Shown piece by piece: positions 25,957 through 36,696 of a stretch of 64,000 bases of DNA. The notes below the pieces were generated by a model. That model saw nothing but the letters and a program-made list of their open reading frames with translations, did not search any database and was not told where the DNA came from. The translations under genes and the position numbers were made by a program. Origin of the DNA: Promethearchaeia archaeon (lineage in GTDB: Archaea > Asgardarchaeota > Lokiarchaeia > Sigyniarchaeales > SOKP01); the NCBI GenBank assembly GCA_029856125.1, contig JAHQWJ010000120.1, forward strand, positions 1 to 64,000, given 5' to 3'. The first letter of the stretch is position 1. Each line of letters starts with the position of its first letter.

Positions 25957-28845
25957 ATGTATGATCCTAAGCAAATAGAAAAAAAATGGCAAGATAAATG
26001 GGAACAGGCAAAAATTTTTGAAGCTGATCCGATCGCCAACAAGGAAAAGATTTTTATGACTTCTCCTTATCCGTACGCTTCTGGCCCTTCACACATAGGT
26101 CATGGTAGGAGTTTTGTGAACGGAGATGTTTTTGCGAGATATTATCGTGCAAAGGGATATAACGTATTGTATCCCATGGCATTCCATATAACAGGCACTC
26201 CTGTGTTAGCAATATCTTCTTCCATTGAAAGAAATGATAGAGAAACGATAGAACGAATGGAAGAGTACGTATCGTTGCATACAACGGATCGAGAACAAGT
26301 AATAAATATTGTCGAAAGCTTTGTTGAACCCTGGAATATAGTGAACTATTTTTCGGACACTTACAAAATCGATTTTAAAGCTTTAGGTATGAGTTTAGAT
26401 TGGAGACGAGAATTTACAACTGGTGATAAACTCTACAATAAGCTAATTGAGTGGCAATTTCATAAACTATTCGACCAAGGATATTTAGAGAAAGGTGAAT
26501 ACCCTATTTTATATTGTCCTCAATGTGAAAACGCTGTAGGCGAGGACGATATTGCCAGTGGAGACGAATTAAATTTAGACATTAACGAATATACTTGCAT
26601 CAAATTTCCATTTGAGGATACTTATCTAGTTCCTTCTACATTGAGGCCCGAAACAATCTACGGTGCGACTAACTTATGGATTAATCCTACTGGTACATAT
26701 GTATACGCTAAAGTGAATGGGGATACATGGATTATTTCTGAGGAAGCTACTTTACTTCTAAACAATCAGAATAAGGATGTGGAAATACTTGAGAAATTGA
26801 AGGGAGTAGATCTAATTGGAAAGAAGGTTAAGAGTGTAGATGGTAGCCGAGATCTTTTAATTTTGCCTGGAGAATTTGTAGACACTACAGTTGCAACTGG
26901 GGTAGTTTACTCAGTACCAGCCCACGCTCCATACGATTATATCGCTTTATTAGACTTACAAAAAAATGAGGCAGCTATAAAGAAGTTCAATTTAAACTCA
27001 GAGGAAATAAAGGAGATAGAGCCTATTCAAATCATTGACTTATTGGATTTCGAAGATTTTCCCGCAAAAGTTTATTGCGAAAAGTTCGATGTTCATACTC
27101 AAACTGATTACGAAAAATTAAATAAAGCGACAGCTGAGAATTATAAAGTAGAATATTATAACGGAATTCTGAACGATAAGTGTGGTAAATACAAAGGACT
27201 AAAAGTGAATGAAGCTGTGGTTAAAGTTATTGACGATTTGATTGAGGATGGAATGGCTGATAAAATTTTTCTACCAATTACTAAAGATCTAAAATGTAAG
27301 TGTGGAGAAGAAATATTGGTTTCGATATTAAGCGATCAATGGTTTTTAAATTTTAATGCGGGAGATTGGAAGCAAAAAGCGTCAAGATGTTTGAGTAATA
27401 TGAATATTGTTCCCAATAAATATCGCATGAACTTTGAACATGTGTTTAATTGGTTAGAAAAAAGACCTTGTGCGCGGAAAAGAGGCCTTGGAACTCAGCT
27501 TCCATTTGACGATAATTGGATTATCGAATCTTTAAGCGATTCTACAATTTATATGAGTTTCTACACCGTAATTCATCTGATAAAGAAAAATGATCTCAAA
27601 CCAGAGCAGCTAATACCAGCGTTTTTTGATTATATTCTATTAAATATGGGCGATATCAAAAGCCTATCTAATGAAGCTAAGATTGAAATAACTGTATTAG
27701 AACAAATGCAACAAGAATTTGAATATTGGTATCCCGTAGATCATAGACATACAGCAATAATGCATATTTCCAATCATCTAAGCTTTTATATATTTCATCA
27801 TGTCGCTATTTTTCGAGAAAAACATTGGCCAAAAATCGTCTCTTTAATGGAACCAGTAATTATAGAAGGTCAAAAAATGGGAAAATCTAAAGGAAACGTA
27901 ATTTCAATAGCAAATATAATATCTAATTACTCGGCTGATTTATTCCGTTTTTATATCTCTCATAGCGGCGATTTTGGAATCAGTGTAGATTGGCGTGAAA
28001 AGCAAATACAAATCCTAAAAAATCACATATTACGGTTCTATAATTTTATTTCGGAAAATACAGCTAAACTAAGTAAAATTGAAGGAAAAATCGAGAACAT
28101 TAACACAAAATATGCAAATATCGTTTTATCGAAATGCACTAAGAAATTTGTTGAAGCGGAAAAGGGTTTGAAAGATTTAAACATAAGGAAATATCTTCAA
28201 CTCTCTTTTTACGAGGTTTTTAATATAATTCAAGATTTTAGTAGATTTTGTGAAGATGCGAATGATGTTTTAGAAGTTTATAAAATTATTTTTACAAATT
28301 GGGTAAAAATCCTTTCTATAACCATGCCTCATCTATGCGAAGAACTATGGGAGATGATGGGAAACACCAATTTCCTTTCAAAGGTCATTTGGGATGATTT
28401 TAACAAAGAATACATTAATAACGATATTGAACGTGAATTTGATTATATTTCTGAACTAATATCTGATGTTTTGAACATTCAAAAAATTGTTTCTTCTAGT
28501 GATCAGAGCAAATATTATCTGTACACTGCTCCAAGCTGGAAATTTGAAGTTTTAAAAATAATAATTTTAAAAGAGGGAAATTTCAAAGAAGTAATTGATG
28601 AATGTAAACTTAAAGGTGATTTAATCAAAAATAAAGATTTGATCTCGTACGTTAAAAATCAAATTAAAGATAGGATTTGGGAGAAGGATTTGAATGTATT
28701 AAATGAAGAAATCTTATTAGAAGAATACAGAGAATACATTGAAAAAAGAATTAAGGGCAAAATATACATTAATTCAAAATACGATCCAAAAAACCGGTCA
28801 GTGAAAGCAGTTCCATTTAAACCAGCGATTTACGTAGATATTTAA
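25957..28845 (+). CDS. leuS: Leucyl-tRNA synthetase, archaeal/eukaryotic type
   Basis: PYPYASGPSHIGH, TLRPET, TGVVYSVPAHAPYD, IESLSDSTIY, NHL, KMGKSKGN, C-terminal AVPFKPAIY. Confidence 0.95.
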   Translation: MYDPKQIEKKWQDKWEQAKIFEADPIANKEKIFMTSPYPYASGPSHIGHGRSFVNGDVFARYYRAKGYNVLYPMAFHITGTPVLAISSSIERNDRETIERMEEYVSLHTTDREQVINIVESFVEPWNIVNYFSDTYKIDFKALGMSLDWRREFTTGDKLYNKLIEWQFHKLFDQGYLEKGEYPILYCPQCENAVGEDDIASGDELNLDINEYTCIKFPFEDTYLVPSTLRPETIYGATNLWINPTGTYVYAKVNGDTWIISEEATLLLNNQNKDVEILEKLKGVDLIGKKVKSVDGSRDLLILPGEFVDTTVATGVVYSVPAHAPYDYIALLDLQKNEAAIKKFNLNSEEIKEIEPIQIIDLLDFEDFPAKVYCEKFDVHTQTDYEKLNKATAENYKVEYYNGILNDKCGKYKGLKVNEAVVKVIDDLIEDGMADKIFLPITKDLKCKCGEEILVSILSDQWFLNFNAGDWKQKASRCLSNMNIVPNKYRMNFEHVFNWLEKRPCARKRGLGTQLPFDDNWIIESLSDSTIYMSFYTVIHLIKKNDLKPEQLIPAFFDYILLNMGDIKSLSNEAKIEITVLEQMQQEFEYWYPVDHRHTAIMHISNHLSFYIFHHVAIFREKHWPKIVSLMEPVIIEGQKMGKSKGNVISIANIISNYSADLFRFYISHSGDFGISVDWREKQIQILKNHILRFYNFISENTAKLSKIEGKIENINTKYANIVLSKCTKKFVEAEKGLKDLNIRKYLQLSFYEVFNIIQDFSRFCEDANDVLEVYKIIFTNWVKILSITMPHLCEELWEMMGNTNFLSKVIWDDFNKEYINNDIEREFDYISELISDVLNIQKIVSSSDQSKYYLYTAPSWKFEVLKIIILKEGNFKEVIDECKLKGDLIKNKDLISYVKNQIKDRIWEKDLNVLNEEILLEEYREYIEKRIKGKIYINSKYDPKNRSVKAVPFKPAIYVDI

Positions 28846-28858
28846 AATATAAGTCATT

Positions 28859-29767
28859 TTATTCTTCTTCCAGTCCGTATACTTGTCTTGGCGTAAGATA
28901 TTGAGGATATTTGTCGATTAGGGCTAAGCGCGCTTTATAGCACATATGACATTCGTCTACGTACGAATCTTCGTGCTTAATATCGTAATCTCTGACTAAT
29001 TGAGCTGGACCTCCCCGAAGTAAAGGACCACATATTGGATGATTATCAGGTTTATAATTTCTTACTAGCTCTGACAGAGGTGTTTCCCAGAAGTTACCTA
29101 TACTTAAACCCTGACAGATTTGGGCGTTACCAAAAGGATCAACATGGACTCTCCCTAATCCCTTTAAGTCTTCATATGGACACTCTTTTAGTTCTTCCCA
29201 TTTTTTCCGAGGTAAACCTTTTATCAATGTTTCAATAGCCCTCCCTCTAAAGGTTACTCCACCACCTATTACGGGTTCTCCTTTTTCATACTCAGATTCC
29301 GATCTCATTTCTACTTTTGGTTCATTGATACTGATTGAAGATGTAGGAATGTTCAATTTATTTGCTGCGTTTCTCGCTACTTTGGATAGGTTATCGTCTT
29401 TATTTTCAAAATGAAATTCATCGTCACTTACAGTCAAATCCTTTACGCCTAAATCAGTAAGAGATTTAAGCCATACTTCTGCGTCTTCAATACAGGTTGC
29501 CCAATATGAATTTGTTACGATACCAATTTTAAATCCTTTTTCATTCGCAAGTTTAATCCCTTCAAGCATTATAGGATAAAACAGAAAAGGTTCTCCACCT
29601 TCAAAATAAATCCATTCAATCGTGCCGATTTTAACTGCTTCGTCAAGAACAGTTCTAATTTGTTCCAAAGTAAAAGTACCTTCAGAATGAGGCCCACAGT
29701 ACAAAAAACAATGGTCACATTCATAATTACATTTGTAAGTGAGGAGAAAGTGTATCCCATTTAACAT
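28859..29767 (-). CDS. Radical SAM protein with SPASM-like C-terminus
   Basis: CNYECDHC, GGEPF, C-terminal CP...C...ECHMC. Confidence 0.88.
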   Translation of the reverse strand: MLNGIHFLLTYKCNYECDHCFLYCGPHSEGTFTLEQIRTVLDEAVKIGTIEWIYFEGGEPFLFYPIMLEGIKLANEKGFKIGIVTNSYWATCIEDAEVWLKSLTDLGVKDLTVSDDEFHFENKDDNLSKVARNAANKLNIPTSSISINEPKVEMRSESEYEKGEPVIGGGVTFRGRAIETLIKGLPRKKWEELKECPYEDLKGLGRVHVDPFGNAQICQGLSIGNFWETPLSELVRNYKPDNHPICGPLLRGGPAQLVRDYDIKHEDSYVDECHMCYKARLALIDKYPQYLTPRQVYGLEEE

Positions 29768-29876
29768 GATTATTTCATCTCAATTATTATTTTGAATAGA
29801 TATACATTATTTTAAAATAAAATTAATTAATAAAAATACATTAGATTCTATAAAATTTCTAAAGAAGTGAATAATT

Positions 29877-31223
29877 ATGGCAAACTCAGTAAGTATGTAT
29901 GAGAAATATTTCAAAGATCCGAAACGGGAGCCAGTATTAGTTGATTATGTCCGAACGCCAATAGGTAGAAGAAAAGGAACGGTAGGACGTCACAGAGGAG
30001 ACGATTTAGTAGTACATTGCTACCACACCATTCTTAATCGGAACGACTTCGATGTTAATATAATTGGAGATTCGATAGTTAGTTGTAACAGTCAAATTGG
30101 GGATTGTGCATTAGATATTGGGAGGACTGCTGCATTGGCAGCTCATCTACCCGTAAAAATACCTGGAATGTCCATTAATCGTCAATGTGCTAGTGGTGCT
30201 CAATCAGTAATGTCTGGTTGGCAAGCTATTGCCTCAGGGATTGTTGATTGCGTTATCTGTGGTGGAACGGAAGTCCAAAATCGGTATCCTATTATGTCAG
30301 ATTCTTACGTGTTTGATAAGGAAAAGAATAAACCTATGATGATTGCCCCCAATAAAAAAATCTTAAGCAATCCAGAAGTAGCTCAAAAATTAAAAGAATA
30401 CAAAACTTCATTTGCAGGTCAAATTAATTCTGCTCACGATCTTGGTCTCCACTGGATGAACAAATCGGGAAAAACTCTCGAAGAATTTAGGTTAGAAGTA
30501 GATAGTCTTTCATTTGCATCACATCATAAAGCAATTACCACTTGGGACAAAAGAGGAAAAGAAATTGAACCTATATGGTGCCCTAAGCTTGACGAGGAGG
30601 GAAATCCTACATTAGATGAACATAATGAAGTCGCAAAGGATTCGAGTTTATCGGTCCTAACTGAGAGGGACGAAGCACCTCGACCTAACACAACAATGGA
30701 AAAGTTAGCAAGTCTAAGAACTATCATCGGTAGAAAAAGTAAAGCCTTTTTAACAGCAGGTAATAGTTGTCCAACTAGCGATGGTGCTGCAGTACAACTA
30801 TGGATGACGCGTGAATTAGCCGAGGAAAATAGTTTAAAAATTAGAGCTTCAATTATGAGCTATGTTGTTGTTGGCACGGATCCTATATTACAACTAACTG
30901 GACCAATAGAGGCAATGCCGAAAGCGCTTGAAAGAGCAAATATGACATTTGACGATATGAGTTACATTGAAATTAACGAAGCTTTCAGCCCCGTTATATT
31001 TGCCTGTTGTTACGATCTCGGTTTAGACTGGAATGACCCCCGGTTTAATCCTTGGGGAGGAGCAATTGCGTTAGGGCATCCTACTGGAGCAACTGGTACT
31101 AGATTAATTGGTACAAATCTCATTCAACTAGAAGAGTCAGGGAAAGAATTCGCTATTAGTTCAATGTGCGTAGGATTAGGAATGGGAGCCGCAACCATCA
31201 TAAGAAATGAAAATCCTAAATAA
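29877..31223 (+). CDS. Acetyl-CoA C-acyltransferase (classical thiolase)
   Basis: NRQCASG, EINEAF, GHPTGATG, MCVGLGMG. Confidence 0.92.
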   Translation: MANSVSMYEKYFKDPKREPVLVDYVRTPIGRRKGTVGRHRGDDLVVHCYHTILNRNDFDVNIIGDSIVSCNSQIGDCALDIGRTAALAAHLPVKIPGMSINRQCASGAQSVMSGWQAIASGIVDCVICGGTEVQNRYPIMSDSYVFDKEKNKPMMIAPNKKILSNPEVAQKLKEYKTSFAGQINSAHDLGLHWMNKSGKTLEEFRLEVDSLSFASHHKAITTWDKRGKEIEPIWCPKLDEEGNPTLDEHNEVAKDSSLSVLTERDEAPRPNTTMEKLASLRTIIGRKSKAFLTAGNSCPTSDGAAVQLWMTRELAEENSLKIRASIMSYVVVGTDPILQLTGPIEAMPKALERANMTFDDMSYIEINEAFSPVIFACCYDLGLDWNDPRFNPWGGAIALGHPTGATGTRLIGTNLIQLEESGKEFAISSMCVGLGMGAATIIRNENPK

Positions 31224-31245
31224 TACTTTTTTCTCATTTTTTATG

Positions 31246-31269
31246 TTTTCTAGAGTATGTTCTAGAAAA
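31246..31269. terminator. Hairpin between convergent genes
   Basis: TTTTCTAGAG-TATG-TTCTAGAAAA inverted repeat preceded by T tracts. Confidence 0.4.
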
Positions 31270-31346
31270 TGTAATTCATGTTGTTGAGAAGTAAGATACA
31301 GATGTGAAATATTTTAGTAAATAATTTTTTTATTTAGCTCTAATTT

Positions 31347-32498
31347 TTAATTTTTCCTTCCTTCGATTGTTTTCATCATAGCTTCCATCATGTTTTCCAC
31401 AGGAATTCTATCGTATCTTTTAACCATTGATAAAGCTTCTTCAGGACAATTGTAAGCACAGACTCCACAGCCTATACATCTATCAGTATTAATAGAAATT
31501 CTTTGATCTTCGCTCTCTTCGTCAACCAGTTCGATTACCTCCATAGGGCAAATCTCTGTACATTTTAAACAAAATATGCAATTTTCCTTGGTATACTCTG
31601 GTAAAAAGTTTGAAGTTGCAACCATGCCTGGATTATCAAATTGTCGAATTCCTCGTAGCATTATACAACAATCACGATCACAGTTACAGATAAACGAAGT
31701 TTTTTCAGTTATATTTTGAGTAGTATGAACTAATCCTGCTTCAGCTGCTCCCGTTAAAGTTTTAAGGGCTTCTTCCTTCGTTAATTCTCTTCCAAAACCT
31801 TGTTCTATACAGTAATCGGCAAAAGTATTAAAATTCATACAAACATTGACAGGGTAATCATTTACAGGAACACCATCGTTATGTATTTTCATATGAGTTC
31901 TGCAAGCACAATCCATAACTGAAACTCTGTGTGATTTTTCTACTAAAGTTTTTACCTGCTCAAAAGGCAAAATTTTGTTTTTTATCACGTCTACTTCTTC
32001 GTTTACCCTTAAGAGCGTACCCTTCTCTCTACTAACAGTATCATTTATTACCTCTTGGTCAACGAAGACTCTCATAAAAGGATAGGAGGAACTCATAGAA
32101 TTTACTACATACCCTTGGTCATAATACTTCTCGTATTCCTCCGCGAATAATTTTACTACATCTTCTTCCTCTGCTAAAGCTCGTTTATGGTTAGCAAAAT
32201 ACAATTCAAAGAGTCCTGGGATTAAAGGAAACATTGAATATGTGGTTACATCGTTTTTTGTAGCTGAAAATAATCTTTGTGTACGACTCATTTCCTTCAA
32301 TAAGGGGCGAATCTCATCAACAGAGCGCTTGAGCTTTTTTGCTATTTTCTGTGCAGTAAAGCGATCCATATACGCTCCATTAAAAACCAAAAGTATTTCG
32401 GCTTCCTCAGAAGTGTAAAGTGTTTTGAGAATCTTCTCCATCTCTTCTGACCATGGGGAGCCCATTTTTTTAGCAATTCGTTCGTAATTACTAGCCAT
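31347..32498 (-). CDS. 4Fe-4S dicluster protein with N-terminal HTH-like region (paralog of 14112-14912)
   Basis: CACR, CNCDRDCC, CIFCLKCTEICP, CIGCGVCAYNCP. Confidence 0.85.
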   Translation of the reverse strand: MASNYERIAKKMGSPWSEEMEKILKTLYTSEEAEILLVFNGAYMDRFTAQKIAKKLKRSVDEIRPLLKEMSRTQRLFSATKNDVTTYSMFPLIPGLFELYFANHKRALAEEEDVVKLFAEEYEKYYDQGYVVNSMSSSYPFMRVFVDQEVINDTVSREKGTLLRVNEEVDVIKNKILPFEQVKTLVEKSHRVSVMDCACRTHMKIHNDGVPVNDYPVNVCMNFNTFADYCIEQGFGRELTKEEALKTLTGAAEAGLVHTTQNITEKTSFICNCDRDCCIMLRGIRQFDNPGMVATSNFLPEYTKENCIFCLKCTEICPMEVIELVDEESEDQRISINTDRCIGCGVCAYNCPEEALSMVKRYDRIPVENMMEAMMKTIEGRKN

Positions 32499-32703
32499 TT
32501 GTTAAATTCCTCATTTATAGAACTAATTGAATAATCTAATTATTCACGTAATTTAAAGCATTTTAAATAATTCCGATGTATATGAGTAATTTCATTTAAG
32601 ATTCAGTGGAACTTCCGTATAGCTGCCTTTCGCTTAAAAAATTAAATTTAATATTAATTAAAGATTAGATTCTATTTAATAATCAATAAGAAGAATAATC
32701 CCG

Positions 32704-33936
32704 GTGTTTAATTTGGAAAAAGTTGCGATTATAGGAGTAGGACACACTAAATTTGGAAAGCTCCAAGATAAAGGTTTAATGGATTTATTATGCGATGCTT
32801 CGTTAGAAGCAATTCAAGATTCAAACACCACTGATAAGAACTTTGATTCTGTTTATGTCGGTGCCATGAGTCCCTCTGCCTTCATTAATTTATCTGGGGT
32901 CGCAAGTGCTTTAGTAGATAAAATTGGGTTAATTCCTGCTGCTGCAGATCATATCAAAAATGGACCTGCCAGCGGTGGTTCTGCTATAAAAGCTGGATTT
33001 CAAGCGATTGCATCAGGAATGAGCGATTTAGTTTTGGTTGTAGGGGGGGAAAAAATGACTCATATAACAACTCCTGGATACGTCACCTCAAATGTGGCAA
33101 CGTTAACGCACCCAGAAGCTGAAAGACGACACGGTGTCTCACTTCCTTCGTTTGCGGGATTACTAACGAGAGCATATCTCGAGAAATATGATGCAAAACT
33201 AGATTGGATTTCCGATATCGCAATTAAAAACCATAAGAATGGCGCTTTAAATCCAAACGCTCATTTTCAGAGAACAATTAATAGTTTTATGGAAAGTGCA
33301 ATTGATAAAGGAAAAGGATCTTGGGATAATGTATATGAATTCCTAAATGACGATAAGACAAATCCGATAATTGCTGATCCACTGAGACTTTTTCATGTTT
33401 GCCCGATTTCGGATGGTGCGGCTGCTTTAGTCTTATGTAATGCTGAAAAAGCAGAAGAATATTGCGATACACCAATTTTAATTTCGGGTATTGGACAAGC
33501 AACAGATACCCAAATAGTATTTGAACGTGAGGAACTTACCACTCTGAAAGCTTTAAGAATATGTTCTAAACAAGCTTACAAGATGGCTCATAAAGCCCCA
33601 AAAGATATGGATGTAGCCGAATTACACGATGCTTTTGAAATCCTTGAGGCAGTGCAGAGCGAGGATATAGGGTTCTTTCGTAAAGGCGAGGGTGCCAAAG
33701 CTGCTCATGAAGGCCAAACAGAGATTGGAGGTAAAATCCCCATTAATCCTTCAGGGGGATTGAAAGCAAGAGGTCACCCACTTGGGGCTACTGGAGTCGC
33801 TCAGGTTGTAGAATTGGTGTGGCAGTTAAGGGGAGATGCGGGTAAACGACAAGTTGATGGCGCTGAAACGGGAATTACATGTAATTTTGGGGGATTTGGC
33901 AATAATATCATTTCAATATTGGTAGAGAGAATGTAA
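32704..33936 (+). CDS. SCP2-type/archaeal thiolase-domain protein with atypical active site
   Basis: CPISDGAAA, ELHDAF, NPSGGLKARGHPLGATG; NGPASG where NxCASG is usual. Confidence 0.88.
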   Translation: MFNLEKVAIIGVGHTKFGKLQDKGLMDLLCDASLEAIQDSNTTDKNFDSVYVGAMSPSAFINLSGVASALVDKIGLIPAAADHIKNGPASGGSAIKAGFQAIASGMSDLVLVVGGEKMTHITTPGYVTSNVATLTHPEAERRHGVSLPSFAGLLTRAYLEKYDAKLDWISDIAIKNHKNGALNPNAHFQRTINSFMESAIDKGKGSWDNVYEFLNDDKTNPIIADPLRLFHVCPISDGAAALVLCNAEKAEEYCDTPILISGIGQATDTQIVFEREELTTLKALRICSKQAYKMAHKAPKDMDVAELHDAFEILEAVQSEDIGFFRKGEGAKAAHEGQTEIGGKIPINPSGGLKARGHPLGATGVAQVVELVWQLRGDAGKRQVDGAETGITCNFGGFGNNIISILVERM

Positions 33937-33962
33937 TTATTTGTAAAAATATGAAATAAACT

Positions 33963-35873
33963 TTAATTGGATTCTAATTCTGCTATTTCTGTTTTAAAAA
34001 GGTTAGCAATCGTAAGCCAATTTTGTTTTGTTTCAAAATCTGATTTACTCTTCTCTGCAAATTTAATACCTGATTCCAATCTATCGATTGCTAACTTAAA
34101 CTTACCGAGTTCTTTATAGCAAATCCCAAGCTTGATGTGCGTTTGGAACGTATACCATTCTTCTGAGCCTATTTCGATAGCTTTGAGAAACTCATTTTTA
34201 GCGTTTTCATAATCTTGGAAGGACATTAAGATTTCACCATATGTATCGTGATAAATGCCGTTATCAGGATCTTGTTCAATTAGGTTTTGAAGTATTTCAA
34301 CCGCTTCTTCTTTTCGGTTTAAATATTGTAACCAATAAACTTTGTAAGTAAGAAGTTTTGTATCGTCCGTATATTTTTCGAGCAATTCATTAATAATGTT
34401 AAACCCTTCTTCTATATCTCTCTTCTCTTTAAGGATATATGCTACCTTAATCTTGATGTCCTTCTCTTCATCGGGGAATCTTTCGAGCATTTCATCTAAA
34501 AATGGTAGTAATTCATCGTATTTGTTAAAATAAATTAACACGCGCTCTTTGGCAACATAGGCGTCAAACTGGTCAGGATTTATGCTAAGGGCTTCGTTTA
34601 CTTCTTTGATGTTCTCATCGTAATTTGTGAATTCTTGAACTAAAAATTTCTTAGACCTATAGGTTTGTACTTCGTGCCATATTAAACCTTTTAACTTGTC
34701 ATAAGTGTCAATCAACTTCTTCTCTTTTTCAACTTTGTAGGCCAAGTAAGCAATATAACTTGGTAACAATCTCTTTAAAGAAGAACGCTGACCTTCCTGA
34801 AAAAGAGAACCGCATACTTCGTCTAATATCGCGTCTATTGTGGACTCTAAAGTTGTTGAGTAGGTCTTATCTTTATCCTCTTCGTACAATTTATTTAAGT
34901 ACGTGAATTTTGTGATATGTTCTTCGACTATAGCGTTCAACATCGTTTCAAGCTTTTCATTAACCTGGAAATAATATATCTCATCATCATCTTCTTCCAA
35001 TTTGAAAAACTTAATAGGAAATATCTTTTTATCAATAATTTGCAGGACGTGAAACTCTAACACCACCAATTCTAACCCATATTTTTTAGCAAATTTCTCA
35101 GTTGAAATAGAGATGGGATATTGTGATGGATGATTGAGGGATAAATATAGAAGTATTTTGAAGAAATCTTCTTCACTTTTTAAAGATTGCTTGATTCTTT
35201 CGTGGGGTAATCTTAAAAGGTTATTGAGAAATCGAAATCTAGTTTCATCTTCAATGATTCTATATTTTTTAAAGAATTTTAGTGTTTTTTTTGTAACTTC
35301 TTTAATTCGATTGCTTTCTTCTTCCAAAATCGACTGACGGTCTAAATCATAATCCCTCAGCATTACAGAATATTCAGCTTTACCCAATTGAGTAATTCTA
35401 TACTCTTTATTTTCTTTTTTTACAATTCTGTCTTCAATTAAGGAGTTCATATTTTTGGATAAAGAAGAATTATTAATTGAAAGGGGTTCATTTAAAAAAT
35501 CTGCCCATTTACAGAATGTATTATTATATACCATCCAGAGTATCCAATGATCGTAATTTCTTTTCCACAAAATTGCTTTCGGGGGGTAATTTAACTTCCT
35601 TTTTTGTCTCGTGGCCTGTGATAGTTCATAAAATCTATCTTGTCCTTTAGTTGTTATCGTGTATTGATTAAATTCTCTCTTTTTAATTAATTCTGTTAAT
35701 AGAAGCTTTTTTAGATAAATTGATAAAGTAGAAGGTTTAATTTTTTTTTTTAAATTAGACCACGTACATACTTTGTTGTTATTGAGCATCCAGAGTATTA
35801 CTAATTCAAAGTTAATCTTACCAAAGATCGGCTCTATAACCTCTTTAGGGGGGTAATTAATTGGAGAAGACAT
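33963..35873 (-). CDS. Tandem winged-HTH plus C-terminal TPR protein
   Basis: Two repeats (ILWM..NN..C.W...STLS....L......K....Y.IT..G) and TPR motifs such as PDNGIYHDTYGEIL. Confidence 0.78.
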   Translation of the reverse strand: MSSPINYPPKEVIEPIFGKINFELVILWMLNNNKVCTWSNLKKKIKPSTLSIYLKKLLLTELIKKREFNQYTITTKGQDRFYELSQATRQKRKLNYPPKAILWKRNYDHWILWMVYNNTFCKWADFLNEPLSINNSSLSKNMNSLIEDRIVKKENKEYRITQLGKAEYSVMLRDYDLDRQSILEEESNRIKEVTKKTLKFFKKYRIIEDETRFRFLNNLLRLPHERIKQSLKSEEDFFKILLYLSLNHPSQYPISISTEKFAKKYGLELVVLEFHVLQIIDKKIFPIKFFKLEEDDDEIYYFQVNEKLETMLNAIVEEHITKFTYLNKLYEEDKDKTYSTTLESTIDAILDEVCGSLFQEGQRSSLKRLLPSYIAYLAYKVEKEKKLIDTYDKLKGLIWHEVQTYRSKKFLVQEFTNYDENIKEVNEALSINPDQFDAYVAKERVLIYFNKYDELLPFLDEMLERFPDEEKDIKIKVAYILKEKRDIEEGFNIINELLEKYTDDTKLLTYKVYWLQYLNRKEEAVEILQNLIEQDPDNGIYHDTYGEILMSFQDYENAKNEFLKAIEIGSEEWYTFQTHIKLGICYKELGKFKLAIDRLESGIKFAEKSKSDFETKQNWLTIANLFKTEIAELESN

Positions 35874-36117
35874 AACTTAGGATCATTTAGTTTATCTTTT
35901 TAGATTTAAGTTATATTGGGTTGTGAGTTTATTTATACATTACGGTCTAAAAGAAATATGGAACTCCAATTATAATTATGTAGTATAAACATTTAGTAAA
36001 CTTAATCCACCGATAATATAAACAATCTTGTAAATCGATTTAATACTAAAGTTTTATATTAAAAAAAAAACCTACATTATAGTAAGAAATATTTCATGTA
36101 ATTCTTGAAGACTAGCA

Positions 36118-36669
36118 ATGAGTGAAGCAAGCAAAAAATTTAGGTTCAAAATAACTGTTATTGGAGATGGAGCAGTAGGTAAGACATCTCTAATCCAAAA
36201 GTTCACTAATGATAATTTTAAAGAGGATTACATCAAAACCATTGGAGCTCAATTTTCTATATTTGATAAAAAAATCGATGGAGATAAAATAAAGTTATTA
36301 TTCTGGGACATCGCTGGTCAAGACGCTTTTAATTTTTTAAGACCTTCATTTTTTAAAAACAGTGTTGCTGCAATAATTGTGTATACACTTGAAGAAAATG
36401 AACTTGGGGAAGAAAGTTTTAAAAACATTCATAATTGGGATGTAGATATTAAAAAATATTGCGGAGATATTCCTGTAGTAATTTTTGGAAATAAAGTAGA
36501 TTTGATAAATGAGAAGCAGTTAGATACATCAGCTGTCGAAAAAATTGTTAAAGAAAATAACTACTTGGGATATTTCATTACTTCAGCAAAAACGGGGCAT
36601 GGGGTAATTGATGCATTTGATGCGATTATTGACGTGTTATATGTTAAATATAAAGACATGCCCGTTTAG
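36118..36669 (+). CDS. Rab-like small GTPase (Ras superfamily), no prenylation cysteines
   Basis: GDGAVGKTS, TIGAQF, WDIAGQ, NKVD, TSAK. Confidence 0.93.
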   Translation: MSEASKKFRFKITVIGDGAVGKTSLIQKFTNDNFKEDYIKTIGAQFSIFDKKIDGDKIKLLFWDIAGQDAFNFLRPSFFKNSVAAIIVYTLEENELGEESFKNIHNWDVDIKKYCGDIPVVIFGNKVDLINEKQLDTSAVEKIVKENNYLGYFITSAKTGHGVIDAFDAIIDVLYVKYKDMPV

Positions 36670-36696
36670 AAGAACTTTTTTATCAAATTTCATGGG

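Noticed and set aside
25839-26042. 67-aa minus-strand ORF over the leuS start
   Set aside because: Antisense to leuS and its leader; no motif
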